Of a stretch of DNA of 64,000 bases, positions 51,677 to 64,000 are shown piece after piece (position 1 is the stretch's first letter; the number at the start of each line of letters is the position of its first letter). The stretch comes from Tubulanus polymorphus. Taxonomy: Eukaryota; Animalia; Nemertea. The DNA is taken from NCBI RefSeq assembly GCF_964204645.1, contig NC_134033.1, positions 640,131-704,130 of the forward strand, given 5' to 3'. Made by a program: the position numbers and the translations under genes. The notes under the pieces are model-generated. The model was given only the letters and a program-made list of their open reading frames with translations. It searched no databases and was not told where the DNA came from.

Positions 51677-53204
51677 CGTGACGTCATCGACTGCGTGACC
51701 TTGCCACGTAGCTGACGAAAAAACATTTCTCTCATATTTTTCGCTCTCTCTCTTCCTCTCACTTTCTCAGCGGCGAGAAGAGCTGGCCCGGGAGAACAAA
51801 CATTACTGTATTATCGGCTATGTTAATGGCTTGGTTGATATAATTTATCACCGATATATTCTCAATGATTTATATCTCAAAATGGTGCAGGATAAAATCA
51901 ATAAGAGCCTTTCTTAGACTGAGTAAATATCAACACATAAAAACTACCAGATCCGGCACTGATAGTTTCTCAATTCATGGTGGTTTGATGCCAAGCCTTA
52001 CTCTCTAGTTTAATCACAATATACATTAATAAACCAACGCGCTTCATCGATTTCAACATCATCAATATTCAAATATATATAATCAACACTTCATCACATA
52101 TACCTCATAAAATATGCAAATTGAAATGAATTTTTCGATTGTGCTAAATGTCAACGAAAACCTCAAGAGTGTCTGATGTTTACCATATGAATTCAGCATG
52201 GATCAAATTTGAAAGTATGTTTCGGATAACGGGAAAGCCGGCCAACTCCACCTGTCGGAAGGTATAAGAGTTATGGGATGATTCGGCCACTTCTAATTCT
52301 AATCAATTCTAAACATTCAAAATATTACGGTGAATGAAACTTTAATATTTACACGGCATGTTATTGGTTTAGACAGTAATAAAGCTTTAGTCGAACAAAA
52401 CAAATATCATTAAAGCATATGGACACGTTTTATAACATCCCCAACACGAGTTGTGTTTCCTGGCAATGTTAGATCTCTGAAAGCAACACCCAAGGTATTA
52501 CGGGAAGCGTCGTTGATTAATCTGTAACTGTGCCTGGGAATAATCGTTGACATTCGTACAAAACCGCATTGATTAAAATGCCGAGGATTTGAATCCGAAA
52601 GATTTAATCGATTTCCTGTGTAACGGATTAAATTGTTGACAGAACTGTGGGAGAGAGTTCTGTATAATGTAACGGATGATATATATTTAGCCACAATCAC
52701 CGACCACGGTGACAATCACACCAGACCTTCGTGACAATCACAGCACAGTTTATGTATTAGAACCGATGATTCGTTCGATGAAAGTCGTTAAATACCTGAG
52801 ATTAGTCTGTCTAAACATCGCCAGTCCGACGGATGGAAATAGATAACACCTTTTATTGTAATATCGCTGTTGGGCGAGAATGAAGATAAATTGCACGATA
52901 AGCATCATTTCTGGGAGTGGGACTTTTCTATTTGTTAAACTACACCTAATTTGTTACGGATACTGATAATGGTTGGTTCCTTGTTTGAGTCAGCTGTCAA
53001 TTTTCTTTAAAAAAAACACAATAAGTTCCCAAAGAAGAACTCAGTTCGATATAGATCGCTGAATCATGAATTGGTGTTTATGGTCGGCAATATTCTCTAT
53101 TTTATATTTAGATGTCGCCAGGACCGGGGTTTCCAGAGGTTCGGCCGCACAAACATGCATCCATCAACCATCTCATCGTCAATAACGACTAGAATTGGAA
53201 TATA

Positions 53205-56200
53205 ATGCGTTCACAAGATCGACTTCAGGGGGCGCTAGTAGTTGTCGCTGTGTTGCTCGCAGTCGTTGACGCTAAACAACCCGATTACGGACAATGTACA
53301 CGTGAGTAGCATAAAATCAGGGGTCTCAGTAGGGGGAGCTACGAGCAGGGTATTTATGACGATAGATTTAACGGTTTATTATTTCAGCGCATCAGTTACC
53401 GGAACGCTACGTCGGCGAAACGTGGAATTACCTGGAAAGCGATAAAGATGGCGTCGTCGTTAAATTACCACTTCCGGTCGCGTATCATGGCCGCGTGTAT
53501 AATTTTACGTATGTAAGTCTATAGTGTGTTCATAAAACATGAATTTGAAACAAGCATTGTATGTGATATCACTTTTTTAAAGTGACAATCCTAGCAGAAG
53601 ACATGTGCCTTTTCCACATGGCTACGGCCATTTTGATGGCAACATTTGATTCTCCACAACATGTTAAAACTAATGGCCAACCGCAATCAAGGTTGTTCTT
53701 TATAAACCCATCCTATCCCCATTTTTAAGAGATCCACTCATAGTTAAGTGGCAAAAAGATCGTCGTAGCCGCAGGATAAGAGAAGAGCTTTTTAAACACC
53801 GGGTAAGTAGCTGTAGGTAGTATCAAACGCTAGATGGACGCGGCCATCTCTCTCTCTTCTCTCTCATCACGACGCATAAAAACCTAATCTTCTGCTTCGG
53901 ATTTATTAACACGGATTCATTTTGTCATATTGAATGCTACGTCTAGTTAACGTCACTTACGCTTGATGATATATCTATTTAGATCAGTAATTTCGGATAT
54001 ATTGCACTCGGTAACTCTTCAACATCTCAACGGGAAATACCCAGACCAGCTACTGGATTCCCACAATACACAGCGACCCGATTAGATCAGCCAATCATCG
54101 CGCCCTATTTCATCGACAAATCGCAAATGACCAGAGCACGTGGCGCCGTCTATTATCGACCGACTAGAATAGTAAGTACTAGCCGGAAGTGGGGGAAATT
54201 CGGTCCCAAAATGGAAGTAAAAAAGTCTAGCTGACGAATTTTACTTTCAAAGGATAAATTCGACTTCGATTTGAACGTCCGACCGCAGTTTCCACCGACC
54301 TTCACCCGACCGATCGTATCTCGGAGACAAAGTAAACTACCACCGTCTGAGATAGAAGGCATAGAAGTACTGTGGTGCCACCTGGTGTTCGACGAAGATT
54401 ATTGGCTTCATCCGCAACCAGTGAGTGATAACAAAGTGTTTCCAGTGCGAGTTTCGAATCAATGAACTAAAACGTGTTAGGAATTGATAAAAATAGAACT
54501 ATTTCTTAGATATTTTACATTTTACGACAGCCGCTATGGTTTAGAATTTCTATTGCAGGTGAACACGTTTCATTTGATTTTAGGAGTCGATCCTTTCGAT
54601 TCGAAAACCTATTCGATCACCCGTTACTATAAGCTGGATGCAGAGAAAAGCGGCACAGCAGCAACAGGTGCACTGGTACGTAGTTACAGTTAACTCAGGT
54701 GCACTTGGAGGTAGGTACATTCAATACAGGGGTAATGGAATGTACCAACAAGTGCATCTGCATCGGAGAGTTACATTCAAGGGCAATGGAATGTAATATT
54801 GGCTAGGTTTTCGATAAATCGCCATTTTGACTAAATTTTATCCGACGAGCATTCTCAACGTTATTCTTTTTTCTAACATTGTAGACCGGTTTCAATTGGG
54901 GCGACGGTTTAGGTTGGTACCCGTTGCCCAGGGTAACGGGCTCACCGGCTCTGTTAGCTGAATCTGATGTGATGAATTTCACGTATGGAATTGAGCAGGG
55001 ACATCGCGATAACGGCTCGTTTTACTACGAGATATCGGATGAGAGAGTTGTACAAGGCGGATGTCAGGTGATGGGTACTACCAATAGACTAGGTAAGGTA
55101 CTGCGCCATCTCTATTCAAAACCATTTAAAAGCGAAAAACCGAGAAACCTTTTTAAGGAACAATATAGCTTTGTACAAGGTAGGTCAACACAGACGCAAC
55201 TTCTGCAGTAAATTGAAGATAGAACCGATGACTTCTTGATTGTGGTGAATCATTGGCCGTTGTAATGTTTCTCGACTTTCAAAAAGCCTTCATTAAAGTC
55301 GCCCATATGAGAAAGTAGAAAATAGTGACATAAAATGAAACTTGCTCCACTGGATAAAGGTGACCTTATAAAAGAAAGGTCACGGTCTGTAATGATTGAA
55401 GGCTCGAGATAAACTTTCCGTAACAAGTGGAGTCCCTCAAGGTTGTGTTTTTGGGCCAGTGCTATTCGCAATTTGATAGGAGAAACGCAAAGAAACTATT
55501 CTTATGTCTGCTAACGAAACAGTTCAAACTTCGGGAAGACATTTTAAAGATGAATTGATTCGTCTCAAAAATGCATTTTGTATTATTTCAGAAATCAGTC
55601 CTCACGGTTTCACTCAGCTCGGCGGTAACAATGTCTACTCGAATTATCGTTGCTATGACCGCTCGACCGGCACACGTGACAACTACCTCGTCTACACGAC
55701 GCCCTCTGGCGACAGTATACGCAGCTCGATGTGTTTGACGAAAAAGGGAGATCAGTTCCAGGACAGGTGCTCGATATCTAACGTAAAAGAGTCCGGTCAC
55801 TTTGTCGTAAAATCAGTATTCGTCGTCCCGGTAACAGACGCAGAATATTCGACTAATTTTACTAATATTTATAACGTAGGTTAGTGACTAATCTAATCTA
55901 TATTCATGGCTAAAGAATATCTTCTAGAATTAGATAAAATTGTTACAGCGGTTTTATTTATTGCCGAACTATATTGAACGTTAGATTAAAACAAACTTAA
56001 GCAGGTGTGAATAAATGATGTGATTGATGAGACCCGCTTAAAACCAGAATTCGTTTAGGGCCTATAAATTAGAATTAGAATCTAACAACACGACGGTTTG
56101 GACTTCTTTTTTCCCTCCCCCATTTATCATCCGTCCTTCCATCCATCCGTCCGTCCCTCCATCCATCCTACCTCCCTCCCTCCCTCCATCCTCCCGTCGA

Positions 56201-59200
56201 TCCCATCCCTCTCTCTAGAGACCATCATCAGGTGTGTTAAGACCTCGATCTATAAATACTGGGAAGGAAGATTGATTCAGAAATTATCGGTTTTATTTCC
56301 TGTTTAAAGGCAACAAAATGAAATGAATACAAATAACTGTTTTATTTGATCGGCAGGTGTTTTAAAGGTTTCTATAACTCAGTAAGTCATTATTTCCATT
56401 TTCTGGATTCTGTATTTTCAGTACCACACGATCGATATCCGCTGCTGGTTCGGTTCACTGACGACAATTGGATGAATTTAAAACCGAAGAATTTCACAGT
56501 GAAATTACGGACGAACAACGATCTAAAAACCGTTAAATATCCGAGTTATTTGAATTTGAAATCAGTGACGTCACCGTTCCAAGAGGTAAATAAGTCGAAA
56601 ATCATAGATTCTTTTTGAAAATCTTGTGTTGGATATAAATGCAAAAAAAATATTAAACGTGAAATAATTCGTTTTTATGCTAATTTTCAGCTAAAAGGGC
56701 CAGAATTACGCACACTGTACGGTGTAGTGCTAGAGTTAAACAATGTAACTACAATGGATCCAACGTCTTTACATTGTGATGAACGCACCGCATCAGACAA
56801 CTGCCAGAATGAATTCGGGGTTTTACAAGTTCACGGGTTTGTACTATCTTTCGATTGAATATCCCTAATTCAAATTCCACGATCGCACGTGGTCTATTTT
56901 GTCCAAGCCAAATTGGCCCGGATCAGGCCCGAGCCAAATTTGACTCGTTTCTGATTAAGAGAGCGCGCTCACACGTAAACCACTCACACGATACTAAAAC
57001 AATGCTTTAAAAAAAGCGAAGTGAGTCACTTCCGGAACCAGTTGCAATTAAAACGCAATCATTTGTCCCGGTCTGATACTTGGCTTGGGCAAAAAAGGCA
57101 CGTACCCATATGGCACCACTGTGTGAACAGTTTTCGGCCCAACTTGGTAAAAAACGCTCGCTTATCTCTGCTGTAGAGAGTGGTCACGTGTAATACCGTT
57201 AGGATGGTATATCGACAGATCGATGCGCAGACGACACGGTGCTGATTGGCTCGATCAAAAATGTACGAACTGGTCGCGATCGGAGGTGAACGATACTGAT
57301 TGGTTGAACGGGCTCGAACCCTGTCCCTGTACGCTGCAACAAGCGCTGGTCGACATTGGAAGCTGGGTATCGGACCCGGACTGTCGTCTGCCCACGTCAC
57401 GATGCCCGTATCATCCTACAGCCGTTCACTGCGTAGAGAGTGCGTTACCCAGGTAATAGCGCGACCAATCAGCGATCAGCTTTCATATGTAAAATCAACC
57501 AATCAAAAGAAAACTTGAATTGATGGAACTAATAATGAAATATACTTCCGGTTGTAAATACCCGTATGTAACCTGTTTCCGTTTTCAGCGTCGATGGCTC
57601 GGGCAACAAGTGTTGCTATGGAAACGACAGCGCGCTGATCTACACGCAAGATCGTTGCGACGGTAGCGCCCCCATGCGGTATCACAGTCGATCAACGTTA
57701 CCGTACGTACCGACGTTATCTCATTACGCCGGTGACGTCATGCCGTGGTTTTACTGCTGTCGTTACGTCAACGATCGTCTGCACGACGTGTACGCCAGGG
57801 GGCGCCCAACGTCGAGTTGTACGAATTATAGACCTCCAAAATTTGGTAAGAGATATTTGGTATTCGCTATTGTCTTAATGAGTATAAGTCATCAACCAAT
57901 TGAAAAGACCAAATTTTTACGTATTAATTCCATCGTTAAATTGGCACCATTGAATAGTCGACCATTATTCTGTCCCTTGTGTGGGAAACCCCCAATGTGG
58001 CAAGCAAGAATCCACCAGGGGCTGGCGCAGGAAAACCCTGTTTAACTGCTAACCGTGGTTAGTACACTATGGATAGCATAAATGGGTGCAGGGAAACGCT
58101 GTTAGCGCTAACCATTGTCTTCGTGTGGCCTCTTATTTCAAGCTGGTTAGCCTAACCACGGATAAGCCACTAACCACGGTTAGTGTAACAAGGTTTTCCT
58201 GCGCCCGCCACAGCGCCCGCCCCTGGTTCGTGGTGGGTCATGGATTCGGGGGCCTAGAAATTCAGTTTGAGTTTTATTGATAATGAACTAATCTTTTACA
58301 ACTGAAGACGCCATCTGGCGGGTTAACTTGTTGTTGCAGCTCTCCCCGACTATTAGCTTATATCGTATTTTCAGCGCGCGTGTTCGGTTTATCTCATATA
58401 CAGACACTGGACGGTGATCTGTTCACTTTCGGGGGTATCGGTGAATTCTGGTTATTAAGACAACACGATCCAAGTCGACTGTTTATACAGGCCAGATTCG
58501 AGAGACATACAAACGGTAAATCTTTCATAATCTTACCACACAAATCATCCTGTGATGTAATAAAGGGAATAGCCATTTTTGAACAGTCAAAGGCTTTAGA
58601 TATATCTAAAATAGTTGATATATCTACAAACAATCGATATATCTATTTTATATATCTAGGATAGTTGATATATCTATAAACAATTGATATATCGCTAACA
58701 TTTGATGTATCTAAAATTTGATGTATCTGTTAATAATTGATAAATTAAAATAGTTGATATATCTGCTAACATTTGATATCCCTGCTTACAATTGATATAT
58801 CTACAAATATTCGATATATCTTCTATTATACTTGTTGATATCCCTACTAATAACTAACAACTGATATGAATCTATAAACAATTTTAAGATGTCGATGTAA
58901 TAATTATCTGTGCAGGTAAAACGTCGTATTTATCGACGGTAGTTTTCCAGACGACACCGGTAGATACGATAGAATTCAGAGTGAACCATCGATTACTGTA
59001 TCGCAGACGTAAACTAGTGATTTTATACAACAACAGACGAATCTGGTTCGACGAACCCGGTGAAAAATGGCACGATTTAAAAGGTTTGACGTCATCGGGA
59101 TCATTTTAATTCTCCATTTTCTACGGGATCCGTGTATTCAAGTTAAATTCACGTTATGTCAATTTTCTTTATATAACTAAACCTCAATCACTTTAATCTA

Positions 59201-61500
59201 TATTCTGTTTCAGTGATGACAATCTTCACGAACTCAGAAGATAGTTCAAATTTTACGGTTTTATTTCCGTACAATAGAGCAGTACAGGTCACCAGTAGCA
59301 ACGGTATTATTCAAATTATACTCAGCTTACCGGCCAAACAATTGGTTAGTATTAGCCCCGCCCACTAGCACGATTTACATATCAATTACGTGTGTTCCCC
59401 TTATCATTTAAGTTATTTTTACGAACAATTTATTTTTTGGGAATTAAATTCTAACTTATTGGGCATGATCTCTGTTGCACGCGAATCAGCCAGAATATGA
59501 ATATTACCAACTTCATTTGAATAATTTATGTTGCAGGCATTAGCATACGGTCTATTAGCTCCCTATTCGTTGAACAGAAACGCCGCCGTTAGACGGCGCT
59601 CCTCTATAGATAGAAGACGATATAATCAATTATCTAAAAAATGTGAGTTTTTTATTCATCTTTTTCTTAACTAGATTTAAATTCAAAACAAAAAAGATTC
59701 GATATTTACGTTACGGTTGAGTGAAATGAAAGAGTTTTGGTTGCATATTTCAGGGCGAGTGACGTCGCAAGATTCTTTATTTTTCTACAAATCGTTCGAA
59801 TCGCATCGACAATTCAACACCGTACCAACCGACTACAGACCATCCTTCCAGCCGAACACTGACCGTACCAGTCCACAGTGTAAACGGGTCAAATTCTGTG
59901 ACCTTGACCTACAGGCGACAGACGATACGTCGCTGTCGCAGACGACTCGAGTGACGTACGAACGGCTACTCGAATCTCGCGTCCACGCTCTTCCAAGTAC
60001 GAGTTTTACCTTTATCCTAGTACAGTTTCACACAGTAAGAAATCCCAATAATGGTGGATCTTTGATATGAGACCAAAACCATTAGTGTTTGAATCCACCC
60101 ATTAATGGTGGATCTTTGATATGAGACCAAAACCATAACTGTTTGAACTCGGCATTAAAGGTTCTGATTTCAACGACCTCCAAAACGAACAAATCAAAGA
60201 CGTCGCACAAGAGACAATCACTTAATATAAATCAAATTTTTGAAAAACTGATCTTCCAACTTCAATAGCTTAAACGCGTCCTAAACTGACTGAACCAAAC
60301 CAGCAGAATAACAACCAACCACAGTAAGGGAAAGGTGAAACTTTAGGCCAGGGAGGCACCGATTTCAGATTCTAATTCCCGTTCATATTGAAAGCCAGAC
60401 TCCACCAACTAACTGATCATCCAATTCAGAGACAGGTTCCAATTTAAGGCTAGTCTTACTGAGTTAAGAGGCGAATGCTCAAATATGACTCTCAGTATTG
60501 TCTATTTTTTTTCAGTACCAACTTGTGATCCGATATTTATAAACCACACGATTAGAAATAGTTCTGATTTTCGAGTCGGTTCAGTGATTCGCCTCGATTG
60601 TTGCTGTAACAGATACAGTTCCGGTGAGGAAATATACACGTGCTCGCTTGCCGCAGACGGCTCTCCAGTCTGGCGACCGCATATTAGATTCATCTGTAAG
60701 GTTCCAGGTGAGAGTAATTATCATTTCGGACTCGTCAATTTCCAGGGAGCGGCATCAAAGTAAATCCTAAACCTAGGCCCGGTTTGGAGTGTGGCTACAA
60801 ATCTTCGAGAGAAATTCAAAACTGAACCAATAGTTCAGTGTTATCTCCCATGAATGAAATCCGTGAAAATATTTTGAATCTGAACTCTTTTGGCAACCTT
60901 GATATTCTAAAAAACCTACAATCCACCTTGCTAAATTCATTAAAAAAGGCTTAGATGTATATAGATCCCTCCAATAATTATCAAGTCGTAAACAGTGTAT
61001 GTTTATATTGTTAGTAACTTAGTTATATTTCATCAAAACGAGTTTATACTTTCTGTTAATTGTAAATATTGTATACTTTGTATAAGTCTCCCTCCGTGTA
61101 CCTTAGAAATGGTTGGAGAGTATATAACATCCTAATCCTAAATGCGTTGATAACTTTGTTATATGTCATTAAGAAGAAACGTTTATATTTCCTGTTGTTT
61201 TGTTAGTATTGTATATACGTATCTTAAAGTCTCCCTCCATGGAAATGATTGTAGTGTCAGTTCCTAACTGATTCACACGTGGTCCAAACGTTTAGGTTCG
61301 AATCCTGATAACAACGTTTATTATTTATTTCAGATAATTTGGTGCTAATAATTGGATCGATAGCAGGGTTTGTTACACTAGTAATCATCGTCATCATCAT
61401 CATTCTCTACATCAGGGATAAACGGCGCCGCGAGGAGATGATCGCCAGCGATTACCGTTATTCGGAGCAGGCGAAAAATCTGAAAAATAGTTCCGTTTAA
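53205..61500 (+). CDS. Mesh/SUSD2-like type I membrane protein (signal-NIDO-Ig-like-AMOP-VWD-Sushi-TM)
   Basis: Signal exon 53205-53301. NIDO exons at ~53388-53512, 53983-54171 (IIAPYF..GAVYYR), 54253-54420, 54559-54675 (NTFHLIL) and 54885-55092 (GFNWGDG). WSRVIPLGWY plus AMOP at 57177-57452 and 57589-57845 (PCPCTLQQA, YHPTAVHCV, GQQVCY, PWFYCC, RPTSSCTNYRPP). VWD from 58375 (HIQTLDG..FTFGGIGEFWL). Sushi at ~60516-60707. TM and tail at 61334-61500. Confidence 0.85.
55151..55480 (+). mobile_element. Degenerate non-LTR (CR1/L2-type) reverse transcriptase fragment in an intron
   Basis: Broken frames giving QYSFVQGRSTQTQLL, FLDFQKAF and TSGVPQGCV(L)GPVLF, which are LINE RT motifs. Confidence 0.75.
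58015..58226. mobile_element. MITE-like element in an intron
   Basis: ccaggggc..gcgcaggaaaacc..ctaaccgtggttagt mirrored by actaaccacggttag..ggttttcctgcgc..gcccctgg. Confidence 0.7.
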
Positions 61501-62024
61501 TCGCACAAGATGTCGCTTCTATCGTATTAACCCTTCGATATCTATAACCGATTTAATATTGAAAATGATTAGGAAATAATGATTTATGATCATGATAAAA
61601 TTTCTTCGATTCAAATCTATTAACATATGTACAAAGATATTTTGTATCCATCGAACTTTTCGATATTCATCCATTTTTTCCGAATCTTAAAATATATTTA
61701 AAAAAATATATTTTACTCCTCAATCGAAAACACGAAGATGGCGCTTTAGCCGCTAAAAGTGGTTTTATAGATAATCTGAACTGAAGGGTGTCGGGATATT
61801 TTTCAAACTGTTTCACGGTAGTTACGATGATGAACACGTGACCTGTTTGGTGTTTTTTCAATTCTCTTTCGTCGATTTTTTTTTTATCATGAAACTGAAA
61901 TAGATCGATTATTATTGATTGTGCGTTCAATTGAAATTAAAATCAAACATTTTTATATGAAAAGAATTATATTTTTTGGAGTTTATCTTTCGATTATTGA
62001 GTCTTTGCTCGCTTCCCTTTCACT

Positions 62025-62313
62025 CTCCACCTCTCTCCTAACCTCATCTCTCTCCTCATATCTCTCCTCATCTCTCTCCTCATCTCTCTCCCAGTCTCCT
62101 CTCTAACCGCTGATCCTAAAACCATTCTCACTCCTCCCTCTCCTCTTGCTTGTTCCTCTCCATCTCACCACTCTCTCCTCATCTATCTCCTCATCTCTCT
62201 CCTCATCTCTCTCATCTCTCTCCTCATCTCTCTCCTCATCTCTCTCCTCATCTCTCTCCTCATCTCTCTCTATCTCCTCATCTCTCTCCTCATCTCTCTC
62301 CTCATCTCTCTCC

Positions 62314-62347
<34 letters not shown>

Positions 62348-62892
62348 ATCTCTCTCCTCATCTCTGTCCTCATCTCTCTCTATCTCCTCATCTCTCTCCT
62401 CATCTCTCTCTATCTCCTCATCTCTCTCCTCATCTCTCTCTATCTCCTCATCTCTCTCCTCATCTCTCTCCTCATCTCTCTCCTCATCTCTCTCCTCATC
62501 TATCTCCTCATCTATCTCCTCATCTCTCTCCTCATCTCTCTCCTCATCTCTCTCCTCATCTCTCTCCTCATCTATCTCCTCATCTCTCTCCTCATCTCTC
62601 TCCTCATCTCTCTCTCTCTCCTCATCTCTCTCCTCATCTCTGTCCTCATCTCTCTCTATCTCCTCATCTCTCTCCTCATCTCTCTCTATCTCCTCATCTC
62701 TCTCCTCATCTCTCTCTATCTCCTCATCTCTCTCCTCATCTCTCTCCTCATCTCTCTCCTCATCTCTCTCCTCATCTATCTCCTCATCTATCTCCTCATC
62801 TCTCTCCTCATCTCTCTCCTCATCTCTCTCCTCATCTATCTCCTCATCTATCTCCTCATCTCTCTCCTCATCTCTCTCCTCATCTCTCTCAA
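62025..62892. repeat. Pyrimidine-rich 12-bp satellite (tctctctcctca)n
   Basis: About 870 bp of tandem tctctctcctca variants. Confidence 0.95.
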
Positions 62893-64000
62893 TCTCCGTC
62901 TGTTCAGGAGATGCTGGATTCCACACTTCGCCCCTCGTCGTATTTGAGGATTTAAACATATTCTCTATGATCGATATATGTTATGTTTTTAAATCTCCAA
63001 TACCGCGTACAGACGGAAGAATCTCAATACGTCGTATGACTCTGAGAAGATTACGTTGTAATACAGAAGGCGCCAGCATTTCCTGACAACAGCAGCTTGT
63101 GCCGGATCAATCAGTTCATAAGGTATAAAAACATACATTTATTTTATTAATTTCGAGTTATGTGAATTTATGATTATCTTGATTTCTTGGACTCGCTTAA
63201 GGACTAGATTTATAGAATTCGGAATACAGTGATATTTCATTCCGAAGATTTCGGAAAAAAAAACAACATAAACATGTTTACAGCCGTGATCGAATTTGAT
63301 TTAAGCTAATTAGATTTTAAAATGATATTTCTTTTTGGTTATTGAAAGTGAAAGTATTCAATCCTTTGTTCAGATTGATTTATGAAACATGTGTCTGACA
63401 CTCGGTGGTTTAACCACGTCTTGTGTGTTTCACTAGGAGTAGCAGCTGAAATATAGCTACAAAGCAGCGACATCGGGTTTCTGCCTAACTGCTTCAAATG
63501 TCGCACTGGGAAGCGTGCGAAGATTTCATCGAAATAATTTGATTAATTGATGTTTTAATACTCAAATATAGCCTACACCTATAACTGTATATAACTTATG
63601 ATAACTGAATAATAATTTCATGTAGTTTTATGTATAGAAGATTCGAGCGCTCAGGTCGAATCTGATGAAATCGTAGAAAACTGTTTAAATCTGAAGTTCG
63701 TTGAAATATCCTGATGACACCACTGAATCTATATGAAATACATCATAACACATCATGTACGACTCTTTGACAAGTTTTCAATATCCTGAAATGTCCGACT
63801 TAAGCGATTCCGAAGTCATCTGATATTGAATTGTATATTGTTTCTTTACCCAGTCTCCGAAGCTGGTCTATTCTAAGTGTTATTTTATCAACATCTGCCG
63901 AAACATAAGATACTTTAATGGTTTTGGGTGAAATTTTTCCATTATTCTAATCTATTAATTAGGTCACACAGTAATTAGCGATGGATAGCAATAATCTGTT

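Noticed and set aside
62146-62959. ORFs of 229-269 aa (SPHL, ERDE repeats)
   Set aside because: Translations of a 12-bp satellite with no gene signals.

Overview
AT-rich, intron-containing animal genomic DNA, most likely a marine invertebrate (lophotrochozoan-like; the taxon is an inference). Left to right: (1) the last nine coding exons of an NT5DC2/NT5DC3-type HAD 5'-nucleotidase gene (+, 915-3410). (2) A ~33 kb cluster (5.5-38.9 kb) of genes for secreted low-complexity proteins. It holds a short prepro-peptide gene, a 577-aa Tyr/Gly/Glu-repeat protein, a 269-aa acidic protein, and a tandem family of 12 minus-strand paralogues (10 intact, 2 frameshifted). The paralogues share a TATA promoter, a near-invariant non-coding first exon, a 46-nt signal-peptide exon, an Arg/Pro linker and a ~40-aa conserved module (TLEADLEGEKIVDRYRKGNSDVIDLANGDTIIVTDQYGPAD). 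They differ in Gly/Tyr/His-rich or silk-like GPGxY N-terminal blocks and in Asp/Glu/Tyr-rich tails. (3) A repeat-rich intergenic stretch. (4) An intronless class A peptide-type GPCR (50537-51676). (5) A multi-exon Mesh/SUSD2-like NIDO-AMOP-VWD-Sushi-TM gene (53205-61500). MITEs, a tRNA-like/TTAGGG composite element, a LINE RT relic and mini/microsatellites are interspersed. The best candidate for an undescribed system is the secreted-protein cluster, which looks like a co-regulated, proteolytically processed biomaterial kit (tube, cement, cocoon or mucus). That function is inferred, not shown. Exon models were read by eye from GT/AG sites and reading frames.
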